A stretch of DNA of 64,000 bases from positions 217,139-281,138 of the forward strand of contig JAGXFW010000023.1 of NCBI GenBank assembly GCA_024637035.1. Direction: 5' to 3'. Numbering within the stretch: the stretch's first letter is position 1; each line of letters begins with the position of its first letter. Under the pieces are notes generated by a model, which saw only the letters and a list, made by a program, of their open reading frames with translations, ran no database searches and had not been told where the DNA came from. This DNA comes from Actinomycetes bacterium (lineage in GTDB: Bacteria > Actinomycetota > Thermoleophilia > RBG-16-64-13). The translations under genes and the position numbers were made by a program. Shown piece after piece: positions 1 to 7,840 of the stretch.

Positions 1-68
1 TGCGCTGTGATGGCGTCGAAGACACTGGGCGCTCTGTCGCTGTCGAACTGAAGCAAGACCTTCCTCAT
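1..68 (-). CDS. 5' end (22 codons) of a methylene-tetrahydromethanopterin dehydrogenase-like gene (MtdA/MtdB family); continues beyond window start
   Basis: Reverse complement of 1..68 reads MRKVLLQFDSDRAPSVFDAITA, closely matching the recalled N-terminus of MtdB (M-KLL-QFD-D--PSVFD). AAGGAGGTG Shine-Dalgarno 8 nt upstream of the ATG at 66-68. Confidence 0.45.
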   Translation of the reverse strand, partial: MRKVLLQFDSDRAPSVFDAITA

Positions 69-191
69 CGCATGCCACCTCCTTGGGCTCCTCGAGCCCT
101 CTCGATCCGGCGATCGACACCACGGCTTCGTAAGTAGCCGCCTGTATACTCCCTTCCCAACCGTAATCAGCGGCCGGGGAGGGGACCGAGC

Positions 192-812
192 ATGCACCGA
201 CTGCGAGCACTCGCGATGCAGCAGGGGTGGATCTACGAGACCATCGTTTCGACGTATTGTGGTGGAGAGCCCCACGCCGCCCCGATCGGAGTCCGCGCGG
301 AAGGCCTCGACACGCTGCGCATGGAGATCTTCGATTCCTCCCAGACTCTCACGGGGATACTCGACACGGGACTGTTCACGGTCGGCTTCCCCTCCGATGT
401 CACCATGTTCCACGCGGCCCTGTTCACCCCGGGACTCCTCGTCTTCGAGGAAGCGCGAAGCGTCTCGGCGCCCGTCGTTGTCGGCTGCGTTGCCACCGTG
501 GAACTCGCCCTTCGCGAGGCGATCCCGGCACCTCCCCGCGTCAGAATATCCGGGGAGGTCGTGCGTGCCGAAGTCCAGGTGGAGTCGCCTGCGAACCTCA
601 GGTTGTTCAATCGGGCTGAGGGCTTGCTGGTGGAAAGCCTCATCCTGGCCACTCGCCTGCAATACCTAGACGAAGAAACGGTTCGAAGATCGCTCGAAGA
701 GAACCGCCGCGTGATCCGCAAGGTCGCCCCAGGGTCGATCTGGGAGACGAAGATGGCTGACCTCATGGGCCACATCGGCGGCGCGGTCATCGCTCCTCCG
801 CCTCAACCTTGA
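192..812 (+). CDS. DUF447-family protein (H4MPT-cluster 'orf19'-type, FMN-binding split-barrel-like)
   Basis: 206-aa ORF; sequence pattern recalled from DUF447 proteins found in methanopterin biosynthesis neighbourhoods; context next to RFAP synthase. Confidence 0.5.
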   Translation: MHRLRALAMQQGWIYETIVSTYCGGEPHAAPIGVRAEGLDTLRMEIFDSSQTLTGILDTGLFTVGFPSDVTMFHAALFTPGLLVFEEARSVSAPVVVGCVATVELALREAIPAPPRVRISGEVVRAEVQVESPANLRLFNRAEGLLVESLILATRLQYLDEETVRRSLEENRRVIRKVAPGSIWETKMADLMGHIGGAVIAPPPQP

Positions 813-1782
813 TCTGCGCCCCCCGGTTCCGCCCTGCGGCCACGAAGACGACCCCTCCTCCGGAACTCCTCGCCACGAACTCGCGTACCTCCTCCTCCAC
901 ACGCTTCGAGCGTTCCGCGTCGACAAGCCCATAAACGGCCGGTCCCCACGAACTCTGCCCCGCTCCGAAAGCCCCGGCGCGCAGCATCACGTCGATGGCC
1001 CCGGCCGCGTCTCCGTCGCCGTAGATCCCACCCTGCACGCTCTCGAAGTAGAGCCCCGTCTTGCGGTCGATGGCCGTGAGGGCGCAGCCGAACTCGGCGA
1101 TGTCTTCCTCCACCAAGGCCGGCATGAGCTTGAGTTGGGTGAGCCTGCATATCTCTTCCGAGGCCCGGACAGGTGGTGAGAGCGCCCCGAAAGCCCTCTC
1201 TTCCCTCGAGCCGTTGAGGCCCAGACTCGAGCCTGGGATCGCCACGACGAAACGCCAGGCGGAGGGGAAGTCCCGCCGGAAGACCACGGTCGGCATCGCG
1301 CAGTCGTCCTCTCGATCCTTCTTGCGGCCAGCATCGATTATGAACCCACCGGTCTGGAAGGCTGCTACTCCGATCCCCGACCGTCTGCCCCTACCCACGG
1401 CGCGCGCCACCTCATCAGCGTCCAGGTGCAGGCCGAGCACCTTCGCTAGTCCTGTCCCCAACGCCAGCCCGAGTTGCGTCCCCGAGCCGAGCCCAACGTG
1501 CTCCGAGATCCTTTCGCGGACCTCGACAGAGACCCGAGGCTCTACGGAGAAGCGGTGGCAGAAACGACGCACGATACCCTCGATCTCACCGCGCTCGTCT
1601 CCTACAACCTGCAGGGAGTCATGCGTCTGGAGCACGAGCGAAGTGCAGGGCGCATCCAGCGCGACCCCTATGCTTCCATAGCAGCGCCCGACGTCTTCAC
1701 TCAGGTTCGTGAAGCCGACGTGCAACCTGCAGCCGGTCGCCACGGAGACCTTCACGGCTGCTCTGGGGGTCGTCGTGAGCAT
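787..1782 (-). CDS. mptG: beta-ribofuranosylaminobenzene 5'-phosphate (RFAP) synthase, GHMP-kinase fold (methanopterin biosynthesis)
   Basis: ORF 787..2178 trimmed to the ATG at 1780-1782 (MLTTTPRAAVKVSVATGCRLHVGF... typical RFAP-synthase N-terminus; ~332 aa). GHMP-like GLGSGTQLGLALG motif. The upstream 130 codons are an antisense extension over the flavoprotein gene. Confidence 0.7.
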   Translation of the reverse strand: MLTTTPRAAVKVSVATGCRLHVGFTNLSEDVGRCYGSIGVALDAPCTSLVLQTHDSLQVVGDERGEIEGIVRRFCHRFSVEPRVSVEVRERISEHVGLGSGTQLGLALGTGLAKVLGLHLDADEVARAVGRGRRSGIGVAAFQTGGFIIDAGRKKDREDDCAMPTVVFRRDFPSAWRFVVAIPGSSLGLNGSREERAFGALSPPVRASEEICRLTQLKLMPALVEEDIAEFGCALTAIDRKTGLYFESVQGGIYGDGDAAGAIDVMLRAGAFGAGQSSWGPAVYGLVDAERSKRVEEEVREFVARSSGGGVVFVAAGRNRGAQIKVEAEER

Positions 1783-2318
1783 CGCGCCAGCGCCCCTTCT
1801 ATCTCGTCTGGACCTGAGAGAACGATCACACCATCCATCGCAGCGAGCTTCGCGCAGTTCTCGATATCCACAGGCCGAATCGCCAACTCGAGCTTCTCCC
1901 CGCCGGGCAGGGTGGTGACCGTGGTCCCCGGGTGCTGATCGACAGGCAACAGGAAGACGGGCACATCCGTCTTGTTCGTTTGTGCCACCGAGTTCGTGAT
2001 GATGGTGTCGGCCACGCCATGCGCGATCTTCGCCGCCGAGTTCGCCGTCAGCGGGGCCACCAGAAGACAATCGAAACGGCCGGTCTGGAGCCTGCCTACT
2101 ATGAACGGCGTGTTGGCATCCTCTTCGATCAGCACGTCCTTGGCCATCGCCTCCAACTGCTCCCAGAGCTTGTACCAACGCACCACCTTGACCGCCGCCT
2201 GGGACAGCACCGCGGTGACCTGGACATCGCCTTTCTCCAGTACGGCCGACAAGGCGGCGAAAGTCTCCGGCATCAGGTCACCGGAACCTGTGATCCCCCA
2301 CACCAGTTTTAGAGTCAT
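1752..2318 (-). CDS. AfpA/DmrB-type flavoprotein (probable dihydromethanopterin reductase)
   Basis: 188 aa, PF02441-like N-terminus LKLVWGITGSGDLMPETF (W-ITG-G-L, archaeal AfpA/bacterial DmrB pattern rather than UbiX GxSGASG). Immediately upstream of and overlapping mptG. Confidence 0.5.
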   Translation of the reverse strand: MTLKLVWGITGSGDLMPETFAALSAVLEKGDVQVTAVLSQAAVKVVRWYKLWEQLEAMAKDVLIEEDANTPFIVGRLQTGRFDCLLVAPLTANSAAKIAHGVADTIITNSVAQTNKTDVPVFLLPVDQHPGTTVTTLPGGEKLELAIRPVDIENCAKLAAMDGVIVLSGPDEIEGALARCSRRPPEQP

Positions 2319-2323
2319 ACGGC

Positions 2324-2974
2324 CTACCTCCCTACAGGACGGTCACCCACGACAAGGCGCGTCACTTCGATCAGGCGGTCGACCGACCGGCGCACCGAAG
2401 CCATACCCTCTTCGTCGGCCTCCGCGCCCTCCGCTCCCAAGTCTCTCGACCACACGGCGCCACCGAGGTTCGCTCCGAACGACCCGCCGCCCACGGGGAT
2501 CATCTCGCTGATCACATAGAAGTCCATCATGGAGTGCAGCGTCGGTTCCTGACCGCCCGTTCGGTCTCCACCCACCGCGATGCCCATGCCGACTTTGTTC
2601 CTGAACACCTTCGGATCCTGCGCCACCAGTGCCCGACAGCGATCGAGAACCGCCTTGAGCTGCCCGCTGATCTGCCCCTGATAACAGGGGCTCCCGAGGA
2701 TCCAGGCATCGGCTCGTTGCATCAGTGGATAGAGATCGGCCATATCGTCCTTGTGGACACACCCTTGTCGTTTCCTAACGCAATAGTCGCAGTGGATGCA
2801 GAACTCGATGGTCTTCTTGCGAACGCTGTAGTAGTCCACCTCTACTCCGTGCTGCTCGTGCGCGTATCTCAGCGCCGCGTTGACGGCGTGGTGTGTCGAC
2901 TGCCTGCGCGGACTCCCCGAGATGCCCAGAAGCCGTATACCCGTTCCGCTCGTGGGGCTCACCATGTCACGCAT
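2324..2974 (-). CDS. iron-sulfur flavoprotein / NADPH-dependent FMN reductase family protein
   Basis: Start chosen at MRDMVSP (AGGTGG upstream). LLGISGSPRRQS flavodoxin-like NADPH-FMN reductase N-terminus plus compact Cys cluster CIHCDYC...C (Isf-type). Confidence 0.6.
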   Translation of the reverse strand: MRDMVSPTSGTGIRLLGISGSPRRQSTHHAVNAALRYAHEQHGVEVDYYSVRKKTIEFCIHCDYCVRKRQGCVHKDDMADLYPLMQRADAWILGSPCYQGQISGQLKAVLDRCRALVAQDPKVFRNKVGMGIAVGGDRTGGQEPTLHSMMDFYVISEMIPVGGGSFGANLGGAVWSRDLGAEGAEADEEGMASVRRSVDRLIEVTRLVVGDRPVGR

Positions 2975-3044
2975 GCCACCTCTCGCTTGCGCCGGCCGGC
3001 TTGGCCGGCCGGCGCATGAGGTACCGGTCCAGAGTCGCCGAGTA

Positions 3045-3767
3045 CTATGACTCGTCTCCTCCGCTCTTGAGGCCGGCAACGTAGTCGTACACGAAGGCCG
3101 CCAACAGACCTCCTACGATCGGTCCGATGATGTAGATGGGGAACTTCTCCCAGCCACTCGTCGTGCCCCAGAACGTCTCGGTGAGCAGCGGACCGAAGGT
3201 ACGCGCGGGGTTCATCGAAGCACCGGCGATCGGGCCGGTCACGATGATGTCCGCAGTCACGACCAGTCCGATGGCCAGCCCTGCGAACCCGGCGGAGGCC
3301 CTCTTGTCGACCGCCGCTCCCCAGATCACCAGAACGAGGAAGAAGGTCGTCACGGCCTCTATCAGGATAGCCTGCCAGTAGTTGACGCCGTCACCGGGCA
3401 TCGTGTGACCAAGTCCGGCGTCAACGGCGCGCGTGCCGACTATCGCAACGATCACCAGCGAAGCCGCGACCGCACCGATCAGCTGAGCGACGATGTACGC
3501 CATGAGGTCCTTGGACGGAAAGCGGCCGGTGGCCCACAACGCGATGCTCACGGCTGGGTTGATGTGAGTTCCCGAGATATGCCCGAAAGCGTAGATCATT
3601 ATCATGACGGCGAAGCCGAATGAAAGGCCGATCAACAGCAGGCCCGCGGATTCGACGCCGCCGAAGAACACAACCGAAGTCACTACGGAACCCGTGCCCA
3701 AGAATACGAGCACGAAGGTACCGATCAGCTCCGCGATGGCGCGCTTCATCAGTGTTGGCTGCGGCAC
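3045..3767 (-). CDS. MIP-family channel (aquaporin/aquaglyceroporin)
   Basis: Two NPA boxes (HINPAVS and NPARTFGP), six hydrophobic helices, 240 aa. Confidence 0.85.
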   Translation of the reverse strand: MPQPTLMKRAIAELIGTFVLVFLGTGSVVTSVVFFGGVESAGLLLIGLSFGFAVMIMIYAFGHISGTHINPAVSIALWATGRFPSKDLMAYIVAQLIGAVAASLVIVAIVGTRAVDAGLGHTMPGDGVNYWQAILIEAVTTFFLVLVIWGAAVDKRASAGFAGLAIGLVVTADIIVTGPIAGASMNPARTFGPLLTETFWGTTSGWEKFPIYIIGPIVGGLLAAFVYDYVAGLKSGGDES

Positions 3768-3886
3768 AGTGTCACCTCCAGGGTTCTAGTCAGTGGCAGT
3801 GGGCGAGTGGAGAACGGGACGGCATCGCCCCGATCTCCACTCGTGTTCACCCGAACCTTAGGTCAGTCTAGGTAGACTTCCCCGGC

Positions 3887-5416
3887 TCAGACGGCGAGGT
3901 GCCACTGGCAGTACCCTTTGGCGCCTGTACCCAGGCCGGTCGCCATCGGGACGTTCCGCTTGATCAGCGAGCATGTGGCGCAATCCTTGCAGCCACGAAC
4001 CGGTGCTCCCGGAGTACCCGGATCGGCAGCCACGATGTTGGTCATCAGCGTGGCTGTGGTGCATTCGGGCGTCAGGAAGCACGGGAAGTCGGACAACGTC
4101 ATCAGGGCCGCGAAGCGCTGCGTGATGGCGCAGGCCGGATACGTGTAGCGCTGCGGGTTGCTGATGACCTCGTTGTTGTCGACGGTGCTGAGGTCGACCT
4201 CCACGCCCTTGATCTTGCCGCCGGAGCCTAGCGGGGTGATATCGAGGATGCTCTCGCCGCGCTTGAGGATATCCATGAAGTCGACGTTGTGTAGCTCGTC
4301 GGCCTCGCCCCGGTCGGGATGCATGGCGCAGTAGTTGTGGAACCGCTTGTTCAGCAGATCGATCACCATGGGCACGGTGAAGCTATCTTTCCACAGGATA
4401 TAGGCAGATGCGCAGGCCGTCGACCCCGTGGCCACCGAAAGAACGTCATACACGCTCTTGAACGCATCCTGCTTGAGAGCACGGTTCAAGGTGTTCTCCA
4501 ACACACCCGTCACCGACTCGTAGATGGCGAAAACCATATCGTCGGCGAACATATTGTACGCGGACTGAGCGATGTGGTGGGCGACGTCCCCCACGCAGTA
4601 CGCCGGCACGGCGGTGATGTTGGCCGGGTGCACGCCCGCCTTCATGGCAGCGACGATAGTCGGCCGCATCCTGTCTTTGTACTGCGCCATGTACTTACGG
4701 GTGTCGAACGACGTGTGCGGTCCGTGCCCACCCAGGTTGTGGGTGTCCATCAACTGAGCCTGGGCAGCGGAGGGTTCGCGGTAGATGAACTGCAGCATGT
4801 CGATCTCGGCCTGCTCGGCCTCGGCCAGCGTCTTGCCGGACTCGATGGCACCGCGGAGGGCACCTGCAAGGCCGTAGGACGTGTTCATGCCCCACGACTT
4901 ACACGCCAGAATCGTCTTCTTGTGGTCTGCCGGGATGTCCAAGCCGATGAGGATCTGGTTGACCAGGTTCGGCACAGAGCCTACGGACATGGCGAAGTCC
5001 ACCACGCAGGTCGGGCCGTACATGCCCCCGTAGCGTCGCACCGCTTCCCGCCCAACCAAAGCCTTGTTGGCTCCGATGGCGTCGATGAACTTCCACATCG
5101 AATCCTTGAAGGCCGAATCTTCCTCGTACAGAATCTCGAGGATGGGCGGAGTCTGGTAGTGCTCCACGAAGGGATCATCTTCGGGACGCACCGTCTCGCA
5201 CAGGCTCGTCATGATGTCGAAGTGGGCATTCACCGAGTCAACGTGGAGGGCGATGACCTCCTTGGACTGCCCCTCGGCCGCCGTCATCTTGTTCACGGCG
5301 TCCACGTAGGGCTTGGCGTCCGTAACCTTGAACGTCCCACCCCTGTTGGCCTTGTTCACACCGAACACGGCCTTCGTAGCTCCGACTGCTTCGGTGATCA
5401 TCTTCTCGTACAGCGA
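3887..5416 (-). CDS. conserved hypothetical protein, 509 aa, Cys-motif C-terminus (function unknown)
   Basis: Long ORF 3887..5620 trimmed to MSLYEKMITEAV at 5416, which has a GGGAGG Shine-Dalgarno 5 nt upstream. C-terminal motif GCKDCATCS...CQWH. No family confidently recognised. Confidence 0.5.
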   Translation of the reverse strand, partial: SLYEKMITEAVGATKAVFGVNKANRGGTFKVTDAKPYVDAVNKMTAAEGQSKEVIALHVDSVNAHFDIMTSLCETVRPEDDPFVEHYQTPPILEILYEEDSAFKDSMWKFIDAIGANKALVGREAVRRYGGMYGPTCVVDFAMSVGSVPNLVNQILIGLDIPADHKKTILACKSWGMNTSYGLAGALRGAIESGKTLAEAEQAEIDMLQFIYREPSAAQAQLMDTHNLGGHGPHTSFDTRKYMAQYKDRMRPTIVAAMKAGVHPANITAVPAYCVGDVAHHIAQSAYNMFADDMVFAIYESVTGVLENTLNRALKQDAFKSVYDVLSVATGSTACASAYILWKDSFTVPMVIDLLNKRFHNYCAMHPDRGEADELHNVDFMDILKRGESILDITPLGSGGKIKGVEVDLSTVDNNEVISNPQRYTYPACAITQRFAALMTLSDFPCFLTPECTTATLMTNIVAADPGTPGAPVRGCKDCATCSLIKRNVPMATGLGTGAKGYCQWHLAV

Positions 5417-5590
5417 CATTGTTCCCTCCCAGTCCTGTTCGACCCACATCTGTCTCTGGGAGAAGCGCGACGGCAGATCCATCTGCTCCCTCTCCCCCTC
5501 GAGTGGCCGGGTCGTGCTCTCGGATCCCCGCGCCCGTTCCCCGGGTTCAGGGATGAGAACGAAAAAACCGACCCACAAAGAGTCTCCTCT

Positions 5591-5656
5591 TGGCAGCTCG
5601 GCCGTGTTCAAGCGGAACACCTACAGCCTGGCAGTCCCTTCCGCAGGGTAGCCTGT
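5591..5656 (-). promoter_or_regulatory. copy A of a conserved ~68-nt element, ~175 nt upstream of the 509-aa gene
   Basis: Shares tggcagctcggc ... gcggaa ... tcccttccgcagggtagcc with copy B at 6223..6290 (~80% identity; perfectly conserved 19-mer and 12-mer). Confidence 0.45.
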
Positions 5657-5820
5657 ACTTATCCTACGATGCCACTCGTCTAGCGAAACTCTTTGAAACC
5701 GTTCGAGACTCAACAACAGTCTCTCTCGCACACCAACTCAGTCACATCTCTCGGCCGACACCACCTCCTCGGCCGCTCGGCCGCTAGCGCTTCCGCTAGC
5801 CGCATCGAGCCTTCGCAAGC

Positions 5821-6024
5821 CTACGTCAGCACCTCGGCGCATTCAGCGCACAGGATCCTCGGAAGCTTCTTCTTGGCCTTCGTGCTGGGGAATGGATAGC
5901 CGCCTTCCCACAACTCGACGTCTTCCCTGATCGCATGGTCCTTACAGAGACCCATCCCACAGACGATACAAACGCCTACGGCTACCGTCTCCACGCCCGA
6001 CTGAGCGCACACGTAACACTGCAT
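5821..6024 (-). CDS. DUF2180-like small zinc-ribbon protein (4 CxxC pairs)
   Basis: 67 aa, MQCYVCAQ...CIVCGMGLC...CAECA; GGGAGGAAGGAGG Shine-Dalgarno upstream. Confidence 0.55.
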   Translation of the reverse strand: MQCYVCAQSGVETVAVGVCIVCGMGLCKDHAIREDVELWEGGYPFPSTKAKKKLPRILCAECAEVLT

Positions 6025-6200
6025 ACCTACCTCCTTCCTCCCTGCGTTCGAAGTGCATTACACACGATTCCTACACCGCCGCTACTCCGGCTGCGCCTCC
6101 TGACGCGGGCATCAGGCACTCTTCAGGCGGCAGGCACGGTCGCGATCTCCTCACCTCCTCCCTTCTTCACTTCGCCACGGTTTGAACCCGGGAAAGCAAA

Positions 6201-6236
6201 CAGCCGAGCTGCCAGAAATACCTGGCAGCTCGGCTG
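6201..6236 (-). other. perfect 15-bp stem hairpin (CAGCCGAGCTGCCAG-AAATAC-CTGGCAGCTCGGCTG) overlapping the 5' part of repeat copy B
   Basis: Exact inverted repeat read directly from the sequence. Its right arm is the conserved 12-mer of the repeated element. Confidence 0.5.
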
Positions 6237-6290
6237 TGCGTTGGCGGAAAAACCAAACAGCCTTGCCGTCCCTTCCGCAGGGTAGCCCGT
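6223..6290 (-). promoter_or_regulatory. copy B of the conserved ~68-nt element, ~195 nt upstream of the DUF2180 gene
   Basis: See copy A. Same orientation and nearly the same spacing to the downstream start codon. Confidence 0.45.
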
Positions 6291-6365
6291 GACGGTCGTT
6301 CGCCAACCATATGCGAAGGGTGGCGCGGTTGTCAAGCGGTCGGGAGAGCCCGACTCCGCACCTCC

Positions 6366-6692
6366 CTACAGGATCACGCCCTCGTGCGACAGCCGCGTTC
6401 GCGTGCTCTCACGAAGGGAGGCTTCGGATATCACCTCCACCTTTCGCCCCAGCAACGCCTCGAGCTCAAGCACCAGCGCGATGTGATCCTGGGCCGTCGC
6501 CACCGGCAAGAACCAGACGACCAAGTCAACGTCGCTGTCCGGACCGGCTTCGCCTCGCGCGACGGAACCGATCAGCCGTACGTTCGCTGCGTGATGGTCG
6601 GCAGCGATCCGCACGATATCCGCCCGCCTTCCAAGGACCTCTTCGGTGATACCCACGTGCCCGGCGCTGCCCTTAGCCCACGGCTTCCTCAA
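6366..6692 (-). CDS. nucleotidyltransferase-domain protein (MNT/antitoxin-like), no HEPN partner adjacent
   Basis: IGSVARGEAGPDSDVDLVVWF = GS-x9-DxD minimal nucleotidyltransferase motif. Start uncertain (TTG at 6692 or GTG at 6657). Confidence 0.55.
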   Translation of the reverse strand: MRKPWAKGSAGHVGITEEVLGRRADIVRIAADHHAANVRLIGSVARGEAGPDSDVDLVVWFLPVATAQDHIALVLELEALLGRKVEVISEASLRESTRTRLSHEGVIL

Positions 6693-7785
6693 CGGTCGAG
6701 CAGGCCATGTCGAAGGCCTCGGCCACGCCCTTATAGGTGAGCTTCCCGCCCCATGTGTTCACCCCCAGCGCGAGTCCGGGGTCGCTGAGGACTGCGGCCT
6801 CCACGCCTTGTTCGGCAAGACGAAGGATGTACGGCAGCGTAACGCTGGTGAGCGCCGCGGTGGACGTCTGCGGCACGGCGCCCGGCATGTTGGCCACGCA
6901 GTAGTGCAGGATGCCTTCCTCGTAGTACGTGGGGTTCTCGTGCGTGGTCGGCCTCGTGGTCTCGACGCAGCCGCCCTGGTCGACGGACACATCGACGATC
7001 ACCGCGCGTGGGCGCATGTCGGACAGCATGTCGCGGGTGATGAGGTGCGGCGCGCGGGCTCCGTGAAGGAGTACGGCGCCGATAACGAGGTCCGACTGTG
7101 GCAGGTAGTGCTCGAGGTTGCCTCGGTCGGAGTAGACGGCGTTGCAGTTCGCGGGGAGGACGTCATCGAGATAGGCGAGACGGGCGGGCGACAGTTCGAG
7201 CAGGGTGACACGCGCTCCCATGCCAGCGGCAACCTTCGCCGCGTTGAGGCCGACGATGCCGCCTCCAAGGATGAGCACGTCGACGGGAGCGACCCCAGGG
7301 ACGCCGCTGATGAGGCGACCCAAGCCCCCGTTCGGGTAGAGCAAGGAGGAGGCCCCCACCAGGGGAGCCATGCGCCCGGCCACCTCGCTCATCGGGGTGA
7401 GGAGCGGGAGCGCTCCACCCACTTCCACGGTCTCGTAGGCGATGCCGATGACCCCGCTCTCGACCATGGCTTCTGTGAGCGCGCAGTCGGCGGCCAGGTG
7501 CAGGTACGTGAAGAGCACTTTGCCCGGCTGCAGGTGCCGATACTCCATCGGAAGGGGCTCCTTGACCTTCACCACCATGTCGGCGCGGTTCCAGACCTCG
7601 ACCGCCGTAGCGCACACCTCGGCGCCCCGAGCGACGTAGGCTTCGTCGGCGAACCCGCTGCCGACGCCGGCGCCGGCCTCCACGAGCACCTGATGCCCGT
7701 GCTGTTCCAGCGTCCACACACCCGAGGGGGTCATTCCCACCCGGTACTCGTTGTTCTTGATCTCCTTCACCACACCGATGAGCAT
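6673..7785 (-). CDS. ald: alanine dehydrogenase
   Basis: 370 aa, MLIGVVKEIKNNEYRVGMTPSGV... textbook Ald N-terminus, Rossmann GGGIVGLNAAKVAAGMGA. Confidence 0.85.
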   Translation of the reverse strand: MLIGVVKEIKNNEYRVGMTPSGVWTLEQHGHQVLVEAGAGVGSGFADEAYVARGAEVCATAVEVWNRADMVVKVKEPLPMEYRHLQPGKVLFTYLHLAADCALTEAMVESGVIGIAYETVEVGGALPLLTPMSEVAGRMAPLVGASSLLYPNGGLGRLISGVPGVAPVDVLILGGGIVGLNAAKVAAGMGARVTLLELSPARLAYLDDVLPANCNAVYSDRGNLEHYLPQSDLVIGAVLLHGARAPHLITRDMLSDMRPRAVIVDVSVDQGGCVETTRPTTHENPTYYEEGILHYCVANMPGAVPQTSTAALTSVTLPYILRLAEQGVEAAVLSDPGLALGVNTWGGKLTYKGVAEAFDMACSTVEEAVG

Positions 7786-7840
7786 CGCCGGCCTCCAGCC
7801 TACCTAGTCGCCTCGCCCACAACCTACACCCCGAACACCC

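Noticed and set aside
787-2178. Full 463-aa ORF for the RFAP synthase
   Set aside because: The first 132 codons are an Arg/Gly-rich extension running antisense through the flavoprotein gene. The conserved RFAP-synthase N-terminus begins at the ATG at 1782.
1752-2318. Flavoprotein as UbiX/MqnM (partner of the UbiD-like decarboxylase)
   Set aside because: The N-terminal motif is W-ITGSG-L (AfpA/DmrB-like) rather than the UbiX GxSGASG pattern. The gene lies 30 kb from the UbiD gene and is translationally overlapped with mptG. Left as DmrB-like with moderate confidence.
3806-3840. Hairpin GTGGAGAACGGG...CCCCGATCTCCAC between the 509-aa gene and the aquaporin as an intrinsic terminator
   Set aside because: The stem is interrupted, with no U-tract on the transcribed (minus) strand. 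The two genes may simply be co-transcribed.
3887-5416. Assignment of the 509-aa protein to FwdA/FhcA, L-serine dehydratase, MttB/MtbB methyltransferases, lysine aminomutase KamD, glycine reductase GrdB or archaeal PEP carboxylase
   Set aside because: None of the recalled signature motifs (amidohydrolase HxH, GPSSSHT, etc.) are present. Left as unknown.
4319-5683. 454-aa plus-strand ORF antisense to the 509-aa gene. Similar long antisense ORFs occur at 6646..7986 (+), 20623..21918 (+), 47021..49975 (+, 984 aa), 35510..37366 (-) and 23660..25144 (-).
   Set aside because: Typical high-GC artefacts: Arg/Gly/His-rich low-complexity translations, no Shine-Dalgarno, and each fully overlaps a gene with clear family motifs on the other strand.
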